A DNA stretch of 64,000 nt from Nitrospirota bacterium (GCA_016195565.1 JACPZK010000002.1:44422-108421), one strand, 5' to 3'; counted from the first letter of the stretch, positions 49,780 to 59,400 are shown. A program made the numbers and translations. The notes: generated by a model from the sequence alone, not told the origin.

Positions 49780-50008
49780 ATTTTTTCTTCCTCCAGCTTT
49801 AAAGAATTAAATCCAGTAATCAGCTTACTTTCTAAAAGGAACTGAAATCTATATTTATATACTTATATTATAATGAATTTTCATAAAGAATACGCTGTTT
49901 TAAATCAAGGAGGTAGTGTAAATTTTTCTGTTCGAAGAAAATTAAAGTAAACATATCATCAAAGCGTGTTGAAAAATGTATGGAATTTTTGCTTTAAAAA
50001 ATTAATCC

Positions 50009-50107
50009 GGGGCACATCCCCTTATTTTTTAAATCTCTGAATTTCCCCTATCTTATCCCTCTCCCCTCAAAAAAGGCAAGCAGGAAACAAGTGCAATAGA
50101 GCAAAAG
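50009..50107. repeat. Array-boundary repeat, copy C (most complete, with GGGG-CACAT-CCCC hairpin)
   Basis: Matches both 45405-45474 and 46099-46140. Confidence 0.85.
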
Positions 50108-50196
50108 ACTTTAAGCAGCATAGTGTCAGAGTATCAAAGTTTCAGAGTTTGAAAAGCAGCCAAAAAGCCTTTTATCCCATGTTATAATTCAATACT

Positions 50197-53100
50197 ATGA
50201 GCTTGCTGCACTTCTACCGAAAACCGGCGCTTTCTGAGACAAAGAAGAAAAACCTTCTTCCGATTCTCAGACAGTGCGTTGCATCTGATATTAATGATAT
50301 AGAGACAGAGCACTGCTTTAATATTGAGACAACTGCTCCGCTTACAAGTGAAGAACTGAATACCCTCAGATGGCTTTTGGAAGAGACATTTGAGCCTGAG
50401 AATTTTGGGGATAGAAGCTTTTTAGCCTACATCTCTGAAGATGTCATTGCGAGGAGCAAAGCGACGAAGCAATCTCAAAACATCAAGATTGCCACGCCGG
50501 AGCCTACCCTGAGCGATAAAACGAGATTGCTTCGCTCCACTCGCAATGACAATTCCTTGATTATAGAGGTCGGTCCCCGCATGAATTTCACAACAGCATG
50601 GTCAACGAATGCTGTATCTGTATGCCATGCCTGCGGATTAAAGAAGATTACGAGAATAGAGAGGTCGAGGAGATACAAATTAGTCAGGAGTCAGGAGTCA
50701 GGAGTCGGGAGTCAGAAAACAACCTCCGAACTCCAAACTCCAAACTCCGAACTAAATACTTTTTTAAGTTTAGTTCACGACCGTATGACCGAATGTCCTT
50801 ATCCAAAGACTCTGGAAACATTTGAAACTGGGATTAAGCCTGAGCCTGCTTATGTAGTGCCCTTAATTGAGGAAGGCACATCTGCATTAAGAAAGATAAA
50901 CGTTGAGATGGGCCTTGGACTTGATGACTGGGACGTAGAATATTACTACAACCTCTTTGTAAAAGACCTGAAACGCAATCCGACAAATGTTGAATGCTTT
51001 GATTTAAGCCAGTCAAACAGCGAACATTCACGGCACTGGTTTTTCAGGGGGAAATTAATAGTAGACGAGAAAGAAATTCCTGAAAACCTGATGCAGATTA
51101 TAAAACAGCCATTAAAGACAAATCCAAATAACAGTGTGATTGCATTCAAGGATAATTCAAGCGGCATTAAGGGGTACGAGATTAAGACGATTATCCCTCA
51201 AAATGTCGGAAGGCATTCAAGATTCAAAGAGGCAAGCCTTAAATATCACGTAATCTTTACGGCAGAGACACATAACTTTCCAAGCGGTGTTGCGCCATTC
51301 CCCGGCGCTGAGACAGGAACAGGCGGAAGGATTAGAGATGTTCAGGCAACAGGAAAAGGCGCCCATGTTATAGCAGGCACAGCAGCATACTGCGTTGGAA
51401 ATCTCAGAATTCCCGGATATAAACTCCCATGGGAAGATGAATCATTTGAATATCCGAACAACCTCGCATCGCCTTTACAGATAGAGATTGAGGCAAGCAA
51501 CGGCGCATCTGATTATGGCAACAAATTCGGCGAGCCTGTTATTCAGGGCTTTACGCGGTCATTCGGAATGAGGCTTGCTAACGGCGAAAGAAGGGAATGG
51601 ATTAAGCCCATCATGTTCACTGCCGGAATCGGCCAGATGGATGCAAGGCATATTGAAAAGGGGCAGCCTGAAAAGGGGATGCTCGTCACAAAGATAGGCG
51701 GCCCTGCATACAGGATAGGAATGGGAGGAGGCGCTGCCTCAAGCATGATTCAGGGAGAAAATATTGCAGAGCTTGATTTCAATGCTGTCCAGCGCGGTGA
51801 TGCAGAGATGGAGCAGAAACTTAACAGGGTAATAAGGGCATGCGTTGAGCTTGGCAGTGATAATCCGATAATAAGCATCCACGATCAGGGAGCAGGCGGA
51901 AACTGCAATGTCGTAAAAGAGATAATCTATCCTGCGGGCGCAAAGATTGAGATAAGAAAGATTCAGATCGGAGACAACACGCTCTCTGTGCTTGAGATAT
52001 GGGGCGCAGAGTATCAGGAACAGAATGCGCTTCTCATCAAACCTGATAAGGCAGATATATTTGAAGAACTCTGCAAGAGGGAAAAAGTTCCATTCTCATT
52101 CATAGGACAGATTACAGGCGACGGATATATTGTGCTTCATGATGAAAATGACGGAGGCGCGCCTGTTAATCTCGATTTAGAAAAAATCCTCGGCGACATG
52201 CCGCAGAAGACATTCAAACTTGAAAGGGTTCAGCCGAAACTTGAACCTCTTAAACTTCCCGAGGACATTACTGTAAGGGATGCGCTGGACAGGGTTTTGA
52301 GGCTTGTCTCTGTCGGCTCAAAGAGATTCCTTACAAACAAGGTTGACAGAAGCGTTACAGGACTCATTGCAAGGCAGCAGTGCGCAGGGCCTTTGCATCT
52401 TACAGTATCTGATGCGGCGGTAATTGCCCAGAGTCATTTCGGGCTTACAGGGGCAGCTATTTCCATAGGCGAGCAGCCTATAAAGACCCTCATCAATCCA
52501 TCTGCTACTGCTCGGCTTTCTGTCGGAGAGGCATTAACGAATATTGTCTGGGCAAAGATAAGCAAACTTAAAGATATAAAATGCTCTGGCAACTGGATGT
52601 GGGCTGCAAAACTTCACGGCGAAGGCGCAAGGCTTTATGATGCGGCAGTTGCAGTGCGAGGGATAATGCTTGAACTCGGCATTGCAATTGACGGCGGAAA
52701 AGACAGCCTTTCAATGGCTGCAAAGGTAGCCTCAAAGGATAAGACGGAGACCGTCAAATCACCCGGCACGCTCGTAATCTCTGCCTATGCGACATGCCCT
52801 GACATCACTAAAGTTATTACGCCTGATATCAAGCAGCCCGGGAAGAGCAAACTTTTATTTATTGATCTCGGGAACAACAGAGACAGGCTTGGCGGAACTT
52901 CACTTGCACAGGTTTATAACCAGATTGGCAATGAATCGCCTGACGTTGATGATCCGAAATTACTGAAGAGGGCATTTAACGCAGTTCAGGAACTTATATC
53001 AAAAGACCTGATACTTTCAGGCCATGACAGGAGCGACGGAGGATTAATCACAACAATTCTTGAGATGGCATTTTCAGGGAATTGCGGAATGGAGATAAAC

Positions 53101-54306
53101 TTCAAGATGCAGGATTCAAGATTCAAGATTCAAGATGAAATTATACCAATGCTTTTTTCCGAGGAGTTAGGATTGGTTATTGAATATCTCCCTAAGAATG
53201 AGAAAAAGATAACAGCAGAACTCAAGAAACAGAAAATCCCGTATCAGGTTATTGGTAAAACCACTGCCGAAAAAAGAATCAAAATATCACTCCAAACTCC
53301 AAACTCCAAACTCCAAACTGTTTTAGACGAGGACATGAGAATTCTCAGAGGGATATGGGAAGAGACGAGTTATCAATTGGAAAGGCTTCAGATGAATCAC
53401 GACTGTGCAGATGAGGAGAAAAAGGTCATCTTTGACAGGAAGGGATACAGTTTCAATCTTTCATTCATTCCTGAACAGACTTCTCCTGAGATTATAAAAA
53501 AGGCGGGAAAGCCCTCTGTTGCAATAGTCCGTGAGGAAGGAAGCAACAGTGACAGGGAGATGACGTCAGCTTTCTATCAGGCAGGGTTTGATGTGTGGGA
53601 TACCACAATGACTGATTTCCTTGAAGGAAAGGTGAATCTTGACAGCTTCAGGGGCATAGCATTTGTAGGCGGATTCAGCTATGCAGATGTCCTTGATTCC
53701 GCAAAGGGATGGGCAGGTGTTATAAAGTTCAATAAAGAGATTTACGAACAGTTTCAGAAATTTTACAACAGGCCTGACACATTCAGCCTCAGCGTATGCA
53801 ATGGCTGCCAGCTTGCGGCCTTGCTTGGATGGATTCCGTGGCAGGGGATTGAAGACGAATACCAGCCGAGGTTTATCCATAATGTCTCAGGAAGATTTGA
53901 GTCGAGATTTTCAGCAGTAAAGATACTTCCAAGCCCTTCAATTATGCTTAAGGGAATGGAAGGCTCTACTCTCGGAATCTGGGTTGCACATGGAGAGGGA
54001 AGGGCTTATTTCCCAAAAGAAGACATTCTCAATAAAGTAGAAAAAGACTCCCTTGCGCCTGTGCGCTATGTTGATGATGGCGGGAATATTACAAACACAT
54101 ACCCGTTTAATCCAAACGGCTCTGTAAACGGAATCGCTGCTTTATGCACTCCTGACGGAAGACACCTTGCAATTATGCCTCATCCTGAAAGGACCTTCCT
54201 CAAATGGAACTGGGCGTGGATGCCTGAAGAATGGAAAAAAGAACTCAAGGCGTCGCCGTGGCTCAGGTTATTTCAGAATGCAAGGCAGTGGTGCGAGGGA
54301 AAATAA
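50197..54306 (+). CDS. purL: Phosphoribosylformylglycinamidine synthase, large single-chain type
   Basis: NSEHSRHWFF, ETHNFP, HDQGAGG, GGFSYAD, VCNGCQ and MPHPER (fused glutaminase). Confidence 0.97.
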   Translation: MSLLHFYRKPALSETKKKNLLPILRQCVASDINDIETEHCFNIETTAPLTSEELNTLRWLLEETFEPENFGDRSFLAYISEDVIARSKATKQSQNIKIATPEPTLSDKTRLLRSTRNDNSLIIEVGPRMNFTTAWSTNAVSVCHACGLKKITRIERSRRYKLVRSQESGVGSQKTTSELQTPNSELNTFLSLVHDRMTECPYPKTLETFETGIKPEPAYVVPLIEEGTSALRKINVEMGLGLDDWDVEYYYNLFVKDLKRNPTNVECFDLSQSNSEHSRHWFFRGKLIVDEKEIPENLMQIIKQPLKTNPNNSVIAFKDNSSGIKGYEIKTIIPQNVGRHSRFKEASLKYHVIFTAETHNFPSGVAPFPGAETGTGGRIRDVQATGKGAHVIAGTAAYCVGNLRIPGYKLPWEDESFEYPNNLASPLQIEIEASNGASDYGNKFGEPVIQGFTRSFGMRLANGERREWIKPIMFTAGIGQMDARHIEKGQPEKGMLVTKIGGPAYRIGMGGGAASSMIQGENIAELDFNAVQRGDAEMEQKLNRVIRACVELGSDNPIISIHDQGAGGNCNVVKEIIYPAGAKIEIRKIQIGDNTLSVLEIWGAEYQEQNALLIKPDKADIFEELCKREKVPFSFIGQITGDGYIVLHDENDGGAPVNLDLEKILGDMPQKTFKLERVQPKLEPLKLPEDITVRDALDRVLRLVSVGSKRFLTNKVDRSVTGLIARQQCAGPLHLTVSDAAVIAQSHFGLTGAAISIGEQPIKTLINPSATARLSVGEALTNIVWAKISKLKDIKCSGNWMWAAKLHGEGARLYDAAVAVRGIMLELGIAIDGGKDSLSMAAKVASKDKTETVKSPGTLVISAYATCPDITKVITPDIKQPGKSKLLFIDLGNNRDRLGGTSLAQVYNQIGNESPDVDDPKLLKRAFNAVQELISKDLILSGHDRSDGGLITTILEMAFSGNCGMEINFKMQDSRFKIQDEIIPMLFSEELGLVIEYLPKNEKKITAELKKQKIPYQVIGKTTAEKRIKISLQTPNSKLQTVLDEDMRILRGIWEETSYQLERLQMNHDCADEEKKVIFDRKGYSFNLSFIPEQTSPEIIKKAGKPSVAIVREEGSNSDREMTSAFYQAGFDVWDTTMTDFLEGKVNLDSFRGIAFVGGFSYADVLDSAKGWAGVIKFNKEIYEQFQKFYNRPDTFSLSVCNGCQLAALLGWIPWQGIEDEYQPRFIHNVSGRFESRFSAVKILPSPSIMLKGMEGSTLGIWVAHGEGRAYFPKEDILNKVEKDSLAPVRYVDDGGNITNTYPFNPNGSVNGIAALCTPDGRHLAIMPHPERTFLKWNWAWMPEEWKKELKASPWLRLFQNARQWCEGK
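50443..50550. mobile_element. 108-bp GTCATTGCGAG...CTCGCAATGAC palindromic element in frame inside purL
   Basis: Same termini as intergenic copies at 13417, 40330 and 59401; reads VIARSKATKQS...RLLRSTRND. Confidence 0.88.
50682..50753. repeat. Head-to-head heptamer repeats inside purL
   Basis: (AGTCAGG)n then (ACTCCAA/ACTCCGA)n; GGAGT and ACTCC are complementary. Confidence 0.88.
53101..53136 (+). repeat. Heptamer repeat (TTCAAGA)n inside purL
   Basis: Reads FKMQDSRFKIQD. Confidence 0.85.
53289..53319 (+). repeat. Heptamer repeat (ACTCCAA)x4 inside purL
   Basis: Reads LQTPNSKLQT. Confidence 0.88.
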
Positions 54307-55710
54307 TTACTTAAGAAAAAGCTCCATCTGCGCCAGGCGCTCGCCCGGAAAGCTTATCGGATAGTTGTCATCAAAACATGCAGTGCAGAAGTTATGTGAT
54401 TCCGGGACTATGTTCTTCAGTCCTTCAAGGCTCAGATAGGCAAGTGTGTCGGCAGTCATGAATTTTCTTATCTCTTCAACACTATGTGAAGATGCAATAA
54501 GCTCCTGCCTTGTAGGTGTGTCAATGCCATAGAAACACGGCCCTACAGTAGGAGGAGAGCTTATCCTTATGTGAACCTCTTTTGCGCCTCCGCCCTCACG
54601 CAGCATCTTAACGATCTTTTTGCTTGTTGTGCCCCTGACAATAGAGTCATCTATCACTATTACCCTTTTGCCTTCAAGAAGCTGTCTTACGGGATTAAGT
54701 TTTATCTTAACGCCGAAATGCCTTATGCTCTGTTTCGGCTCTATAAATGTCCTGCCGATGTAATGGTTCCTTATGAGGCCGAAATCGAATGGAAGTTTGC
54801 TTTCTTCTGCGAATCCTATTGCAGCAGGCACGCCTGAATCAGGCACTGCAATCACAAGGTCAGCGTCAACGCCTGATTCCCTCGCAAGCTGGGCTCCGAA
54901 TTTCTTTCGCATCTCATTAACATTTTTCCCGCCGAAGATATAGCTGTCAGGGCGCGAAAAATATATAAACTCAAATATGCAGGATGCCTGTCTCAGAGCA
55001 GTCAATGGCTTCATTGACTTTAAACCGTTCTCATTGATGATAAGGAGTTCTCCGGGCTCGACATCGCGGATATATGTTGCGCCGATAAGGTCAAGTGCGC
55101 ATGTCTCTGATGCTACGACGTATGCGCCGTCAACCTGTCCGAGGCTCAGGGGCCTTACACCATACGGGTCTCTCACAGCGATCAGTTCTCTTTCCCTCAG
55201 TATCAGAAGGCTGAAGGCCCCGCTGACCTGCCTTAACGCCTCAATTACCCTTTCGTAAAAGTCTCCAGTTTTTGAATGCGCTATGAGGTGCACTATAACC
55301 TCGCTGTCGGATGTTGACTGGAATATTGCGCCTTCTTTTTCAAGTTCTTCTCTTATCTCTCCGGCATTCACAAGATTGCCGTTGTGAGCTATGGCCAATG
55401 GCCCCAGGGCAAAATTTGCCAGTATCGGCTGGACGTTTTTAAGAACACTGCTTCCTGCTGTTGAATAACGGTTATGACCTATTGCGATATGGCCGGGAAG
55501 TTTTTTCAGGCGCTTTTCGCTGAAGATGTCGGCGACAAGCCCCATTGATTTCTCAAGATGAAGATGTCTGCCGTCAGAAGAGCAGATGCCTGCGCCTTCC
55601 TGCCCCCTGTGCTGTAGCGCATATAAGCCGAGATATGCAAGGTTGGACGCCTCGGAATGTCCGTAAACCCCGAAGACTCCGCATTCCTCGTGTATATCGT
55701 GGAACTTCAT
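54307..55710 (-). CDS. purF: Amidophosphoribosyltransferase
   Basis: [26 protein letters not shown] and DDSIVRGTT motifs. Confidence 0.98.
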   Translation of the reverse strand: MKFHDIHEECGVFGVYGHSEASNLAYLGLYALQHRGQEGAGICSSDGRHLHLEKSMGLVADIFSEKRLKKLPGHIAIGHNRYSTAGSSVLKNVQPILANFALGPLAIAHNGNLVNAGEIREELEKEGAIFQSTSDSEVIVHLIAHSKTGDFYERVIEALRQVSGAFSLLILRERELIAVRDPYGVRPLSLGQVDGAYVVASETCALDLIGATYIRDVEPGELLIINENGLKSMKPLTALRQASCIFEFIYFSRPDSYIFGGKNVNEMRKKFGAQLARESGVDADLVIAVPDSGVPAAIGFAEESKLPFDFGLIRNHYIGRTFIEPKQSIRHFGVKIKLNPVRQLLEGKRVIVIDDSIVRGTTSKKIVKMLREGGGAKEVHIRISSPPTVGPCFYGIDTPTRQELIASSHSVEEIRKFMTADTLAYLSLEGLKNIVPESHNFCTACFDDNYPISFPGERLAQMELFLK

Positions 55711-55718
55711 TCCTTATT

Positions 55719-55856
55719 TTAGCATATATAATGCGGCGATGTGGTCAGATGCGAAGGGCCGGAAAGGTCTGAAGATAGCGCTTTGTCATGGACTCTTGAT
55801 AGTAAGATTAATGCTGTTATTGCGCCAACAAGAGCCATAAACATATCCGACTGGGT
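55719..55856 (-). pseudogene. 3' remnant of a DUF2238 (YjdF-like) membrane protein gene
   Basis: TQSDMFMALVGAITALILLSRVHDKAL resembles the family C-terminus as I recall it; upstream part replaced by a GGGG-N5-CCCC hairpin. Confidence 0.55.
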
Positions 55857-55960
55857 GTAGTAATTGGGGACACACCCCATATTTTTAATATGATCCATAC
55901 GCTCTCTCATGAAAAGCAGTATAAGACAAATTTTCGGAGAATTACAAGGGCAAAATTAAC

Positions 55961-56050
55961 TGGCGGAGGGGGTGAGATTCGAACTCACGGTAGAGTTGCC
56001 CCTACAACGATTTTCAAGACCGTCGCCTTCAACCGCTCGGCCACCCCTCC
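55961..56050 (-). tRNA. tRNA-Ser (anticodon UGA)
   Basis: Reverse complement GGAGGGGTGGCCGAGCGGTTGAAGGCG-ACGGT-CTTGAAA-ATCGT-long arm-GTTCGAATC-...CTCCGCCA. Confidence 0.96.
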
Positions 56051-56170
56051 ATTTAAAAACAAGTTGAGAGTTAAGAGTTTAAAGTTAAAATTTGAAAATT
56101 AAGAATCCTGATTGTTAATAATATCAAAAATACCTTTTTTAAGACAAGTCATTCTAAACGCTACTAAAAT

Positions 56171-56194
56171 AAAAAGCCCTCAAAAGAGGGCATT
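56171..56194 (-). terminator. Intrinsic terminator after the rnf operon
   Basis: Minus strand gccctc-tttt-gagggc-ttttta. Confidence 0.7.
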
Positions 56195-56212
56195 ATTAGT
56201 TTACATTTACTC

Positions 56213-56279
56213 GTCATTCCGTGCTTGACACGGAATCCAGTTCCTTTAATTACTGGATTCCCGCTTTCGCGGGAATGAC
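56213..56279. repeat. Palindromic element, GTCATTCC...GGAATGAC family
   Basis: gtcattccgtgcttgacacggaatccag...ctggattcccgctttcgcgggaatgac. Confidence 0.9.
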
Positions 56280-56295
56280 AGATCGGATATTTTAC

Positions 56296-57474
56296 TTACG
56301 CTGCTTCAGCCTTTTTCTTTTTCTTTTCTGCCGCTGCTGCAAAGACTTCTGATGCATTGAATGTCCCGTCTATTGCCTGAACAGGACACCTTGCCGTGCA
56401 GATTCCGCAGCCGATACATTTATCTTTATCAATTGAATGCTTTTTCTTCTGCTCGCCTGAAGGCGCATTAACAGGGCAGACCTTTGCACATGTGTGGCAC
56501 CCGATGCAGTTGTCCATTATGAATGCCTTGGACCTGTGAGGGATGTAATCTCTGATTGCCTTTGTCGGGCATTTTGGAACGCATAAGCCGCATACCTTAC
56601 ACTTGTTCAGGTCAATCCTTGAAAGGTTGTTCTCAACAGAAGGCGCATCAAACGGGCAGACCTTAACGCAGATGCCGCATGCAATGCATCCGACCTGACA
56701 GTTCTTTCTTGTGTCGCCGCCTTTGTCTTTTGAATGGCAGGCAACCAAGACCTGCCTTGATGCAGGAAGGACTTCTATGACCTTTGTCGGACATGCTGCT
56801 TCGCATTTCCTGCAGCCTGTGCATTTCACTATATCAACAACAGGAAGATGGTCATCGTTCATTGTTATTGCGCCGAACGGGCATACCCTTGCGCATGTTC
56901 CGTATCCGAGGCATCCGTATCTGCATGCCTTGTCACCGCCTCCTGCAAGTATCGCAGCCCTGCAATCCTGAACGCCTTCGTATCTGAATCTCTTGACTGA
57001 CTTAGGCCAGCTGCCCTGACACATTATCCTTGCAAAGTTAGGCTCTAACGCAGATGCAGCCTTGCCTGTTATCCTTGCAACTGCTGAGGCAACGCTGCCT
57101 TTGCCCGGAGCGCAGAGATTTGGCGCCACATCAGGATTTATTACAACAGCCTCTGCATATCCCTGACACCCTGCAAATCCGCAGGCCCCGCAGTTTGCGC
57201 CCGGAAGAACATCCCTCACCTGTTCAACCTTGGGGTCAGTTTTTACGGCGAATTTTGCCGCCGCAAATGCAAGCCCCACTCCGAATACGATTCCAAGGCC
57301 GCCGAGGAAAAGGAATGTAAAAATCAGAAGCTCCTTAATGTTTATCGGGCCTGAGACATCTATCTCACCGCCGACTCCGGCAAAAGCAATAGAGCAGAAG
57401 AGCAGAAGCGCAATAGAGCAGTAGAATGAAAGAGCAATAATAGTTATCTTTTTTATTTTGGAATCATTAAACAT
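56296..57474 (-). CDS. rnfB: Rnf complex subunit B (polyferredoxin type)
   Basis: LPGANCGACGFAGC plus six ferredoxin-type Cys motifs ending in CP. Confidence 0.92.
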   Translation of the reverse strand: MFNDSKIKKITIIALSFYCSIALLLFCSIAFAGVGGEIDVSGPINIKELLIFTFLFLGGLGIVFGVGLAFAAAKFAVKTDPKVEQVRDVLPGANCGACGFAGCQGYAEAVVINPDVAPNLCAPGKGSVASAVARITGKAASALEPNFARIMCQGSWPKSVKRFRYEGVQDCRAAILAGGGDKACRYGCLGYGTCARVCPFGAITMNDDHLPVVDIVKCTGCRKCEAACPTKVIEVLPASRQVLVACHSKDKGGDTRKNCQVGCIACGICVKVCPFDAPSVENNLSRIDLNKCKVCGLCVPKCPTKAIRDYIPHRSKAFIMDNCIGCHTCAKVCPVNAPSGEQKKKHSIDKDKCIGCGICTARCPVQAIDGTFNASEVFAAAAEKKKKKAEAA

Positions 57475-57560
57475 AAGTCACTCCTCTAACTTTTATTACA
57501 AACAGCAGCAACAGAAAATAAAAACTGTTGCACTACTGCTCTTCTGTTCTTCTGCTCCGG

Positions 57561-58148
57561 CTATAGCGTAATCAGGCCAGAGAAGCCCATGAAAGCCAGC
57601 GCAATCAAGCCTGTTATTATGAATGATATCGGCAGTCCCTGAAATGCCTTTGGCACATCTGCAAGCTCCAGTTTTTCCCTTATGCTTGCCATTATTATCA
57701 TTGCGAGGCTGAACCCAACGCCTGAGCCAAAGCCAAAAAACATGCTCTCTATAAAACTGTAACCTTCGCTGACATTAAGCAAAGGCACGGCAAGAATTAT
57801 GCAGTTTGTCGTTATCAAAGCAAGGTAGATGCCGAGCTTGTAATACAGTCCCGGCGACACTTTCTTCATTATGGTGTCTGCTGCCTGAACAAATCCCGCA
57901 ACAACGCCTATGAATATAACTATCTCAAGGAATCCGAGTCCCAATGGAATCATGATAAACTTATAAATAATCCAGTTGAGCGCAGCGCTTATGACCATGA
58001 CGGATGTAAATGTAATGCTCATGCCGATCGATGTATCCATCTTCTTTGTAACGCCGAAGAAGATGCAGAGGCCGAGGTATCTCGTAAAAACAAAGTTGTT
58101 TATAAGGGCGGCTGATATAAATAGTTCAAAGAGTTTTCCGAATTCCAT
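57561..58148 (-). CDS. rnfA: Rnf complex subunit A
   Basis: NNFVFTRYLGLC, LITTNC and LAFMGFSG motifs. Confidence 0.94.
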   Translation of the reverse strand: MEFGKLFELFISAALINNFVFTRYLGLCIFFGVTKKMDTSIGMSITFTSVMVISAALNWIIYKFIMIPLGLGFLEIVIFIGVVAGFVQAADTIMKKVSPGLYYKLGIYLALITTNCIILAVPLLNVSEGYSFIESMFFGFGSGVGFSLAMIIMASIREKLELADVPKAFQGLPISFIITGLIALAFMGFSGLITL

Positions 58149-58157
58149 TTCTGCCTC

Positions 58158-58796
58158 CTAATGTCCGCCCCCGGAAGCGCCGCCGCCTCCGAAGAATTTT
58201 GTGTCTATCCAGTTAAAGAGCCCCATGAGAATTCCAACTGCAAAAAACCCGCCTGTCGGCAGGATCATAATCAACAACGGTTTTGTGTTAACTATCGAGT
58301 AACCCCAGAGCGAACCTTTGCCGAGGAGCTCTCTGAAAAAGCCGATGATGACAAGCGCAAAGAGGAATCCTATTCCGTTCCCAAGGCCGTCAAAGAATGA
58401 AGGCGTAACCTTTTGTTTGCTTGCAAAGAGTTCTGCCCTGGAAAGTATTATTGCAAAGGCTACAATGAGTTTTATGTAAAGCCCCATCTGCGCATATATG
58501 TCCCGAACAAATGCAGCCATTGAGAGGTCTGTCACGGTAACCCAGGTGGCGATTATGAACATGTAGGACGGGATTCTTACCTTGGGATGTATGAATTTCC
58601 TGACTATGGAAACAGTGACATTGACCATTATCTGAACGAAAAGCACTGCAAGGCCCATCATAAAACCGTTTTTCACTCCGCTTGTGACGGCAACCGCAGG
58701 GCAGAGGCTCAGGGCAACCCTGAATATCGGGTTTTCGGAGAAGATTCCGTTCTTGATTAAACTGATATAGCTTATTTTGTTTTCAGAGTTGCTCAT
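58158..58796 (-). CDS. rnfE: Rnf complex subunit E
   Basis: ENP...LCPAVAVT, VRIP and RELLG motifs. Confidence 0.93.
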   Translation of the reverse strand: MSNSENKISYISLIKNGIFSENPIFRVALSLCPAVAVTSGVKNGFMMGLAVLFVQIMVNVTVSIVRKFIHPKVRIPSYMFIIATWVTVTDLSMAAFVRDIYAQMGLYIKLIVAFAIILSRAELFASKQKVTPSFFDGLGNGIGFLFALVIIGFFRELLGKGSLWGYSIVNTKPLLIMILPTGGFFAVGILMGLFNWIDTKFFGGGGASGGGH

Positions 58797-59374
58797 TTTT
58801 TCACCTCACCGGCTGCTGATTTGGGCGCCGAATATTTTTCAGTCAGGAGTTTTACTGCTTCCTTAACGCCTTTTGTAACTGCGCGGCTTGAAATTGTTGC
58901 GCCTGAGATTGCCTGAATCTTGTCTGTGCCTTCCACCTTAACCACTTCAAGCTGTTCCAGAGATTTGCCCTCGAAGCGTTTCTTGAAGTAGTCCTGCTCT
59001 ATCTCATCGCCGAGTCCCGGCGTCTCTCCGTGTCCGAGTATGCCGATTCCCTTGACCTTCATATCTTTTCCGACTGACACGAGTATATTTATATAGCTTG
59101 AATATCCCTTGCCGTATGTGGAGATGAGGTATCCTATTGTCTCATCTCCCTTTTTACCTTCAAAATATTTTCCTTTTTTCCCGTACGGCTCCCATTTCCC
59201 GGTTTCAATTATATTATCCGCATCAGGCATCATCTTTTTCCTGGCTGCTGTTTCTTCTTGCTCTTTCTTAATCTTCACAATAGGCGCTGTCTTGGCAAAG
59301 ACAAATGCCATTACAAGCCCGGCAGCTACAAAGATAATTACCAGACTGGCTGTTATCTTAAGCATCTCCTTCAT
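58793..59374 (-). CDS. rnfG: Rnf complex subunit G
   Basis: ETPGLG and FMN-binding SGATISS. Confidence 0.94.
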   Translation of the reverse strand: MKEMLKITASLVIIFVAAGLVMAFVFAKTAPIVKIKKEQEETAARKKMMPDADNIIETGKWEPYGKKGKYFEGKKGDETIGYLISTYGKGYSSYINILVSVGKDMKVKGIGILGHGETPGLGDEIEQDYFKKRFEGKSLEQLEVVKVEGTDKIQAISGATISSRAVTKGVKEAVKLLTEKYSAPKSAAGEVKK

Positions 59375-59400
59375 TCTTTCACCTCAAATCGCCTCTTCCC

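Noticed and set aside
45405-50107. CRISPR array or c-di-GMP riboswitch reading of the three repeats
   Set aside because: Spacing is 0.6 and 3.9 kb with genes between copies and no cas genes. The GGCAAG...GAAA...GCAAAAG stretch lacks the paired stems of a c-di-GMP-I riboswitch.
55961-56050. Possible tRNA-Sec, given selB and the selenoprotein
   Set aside because: The anticodon is UGA (reads UCA, Ser), not UCA, and the 7-bp acceptor stem is ordinary. selC is not visible in this window.
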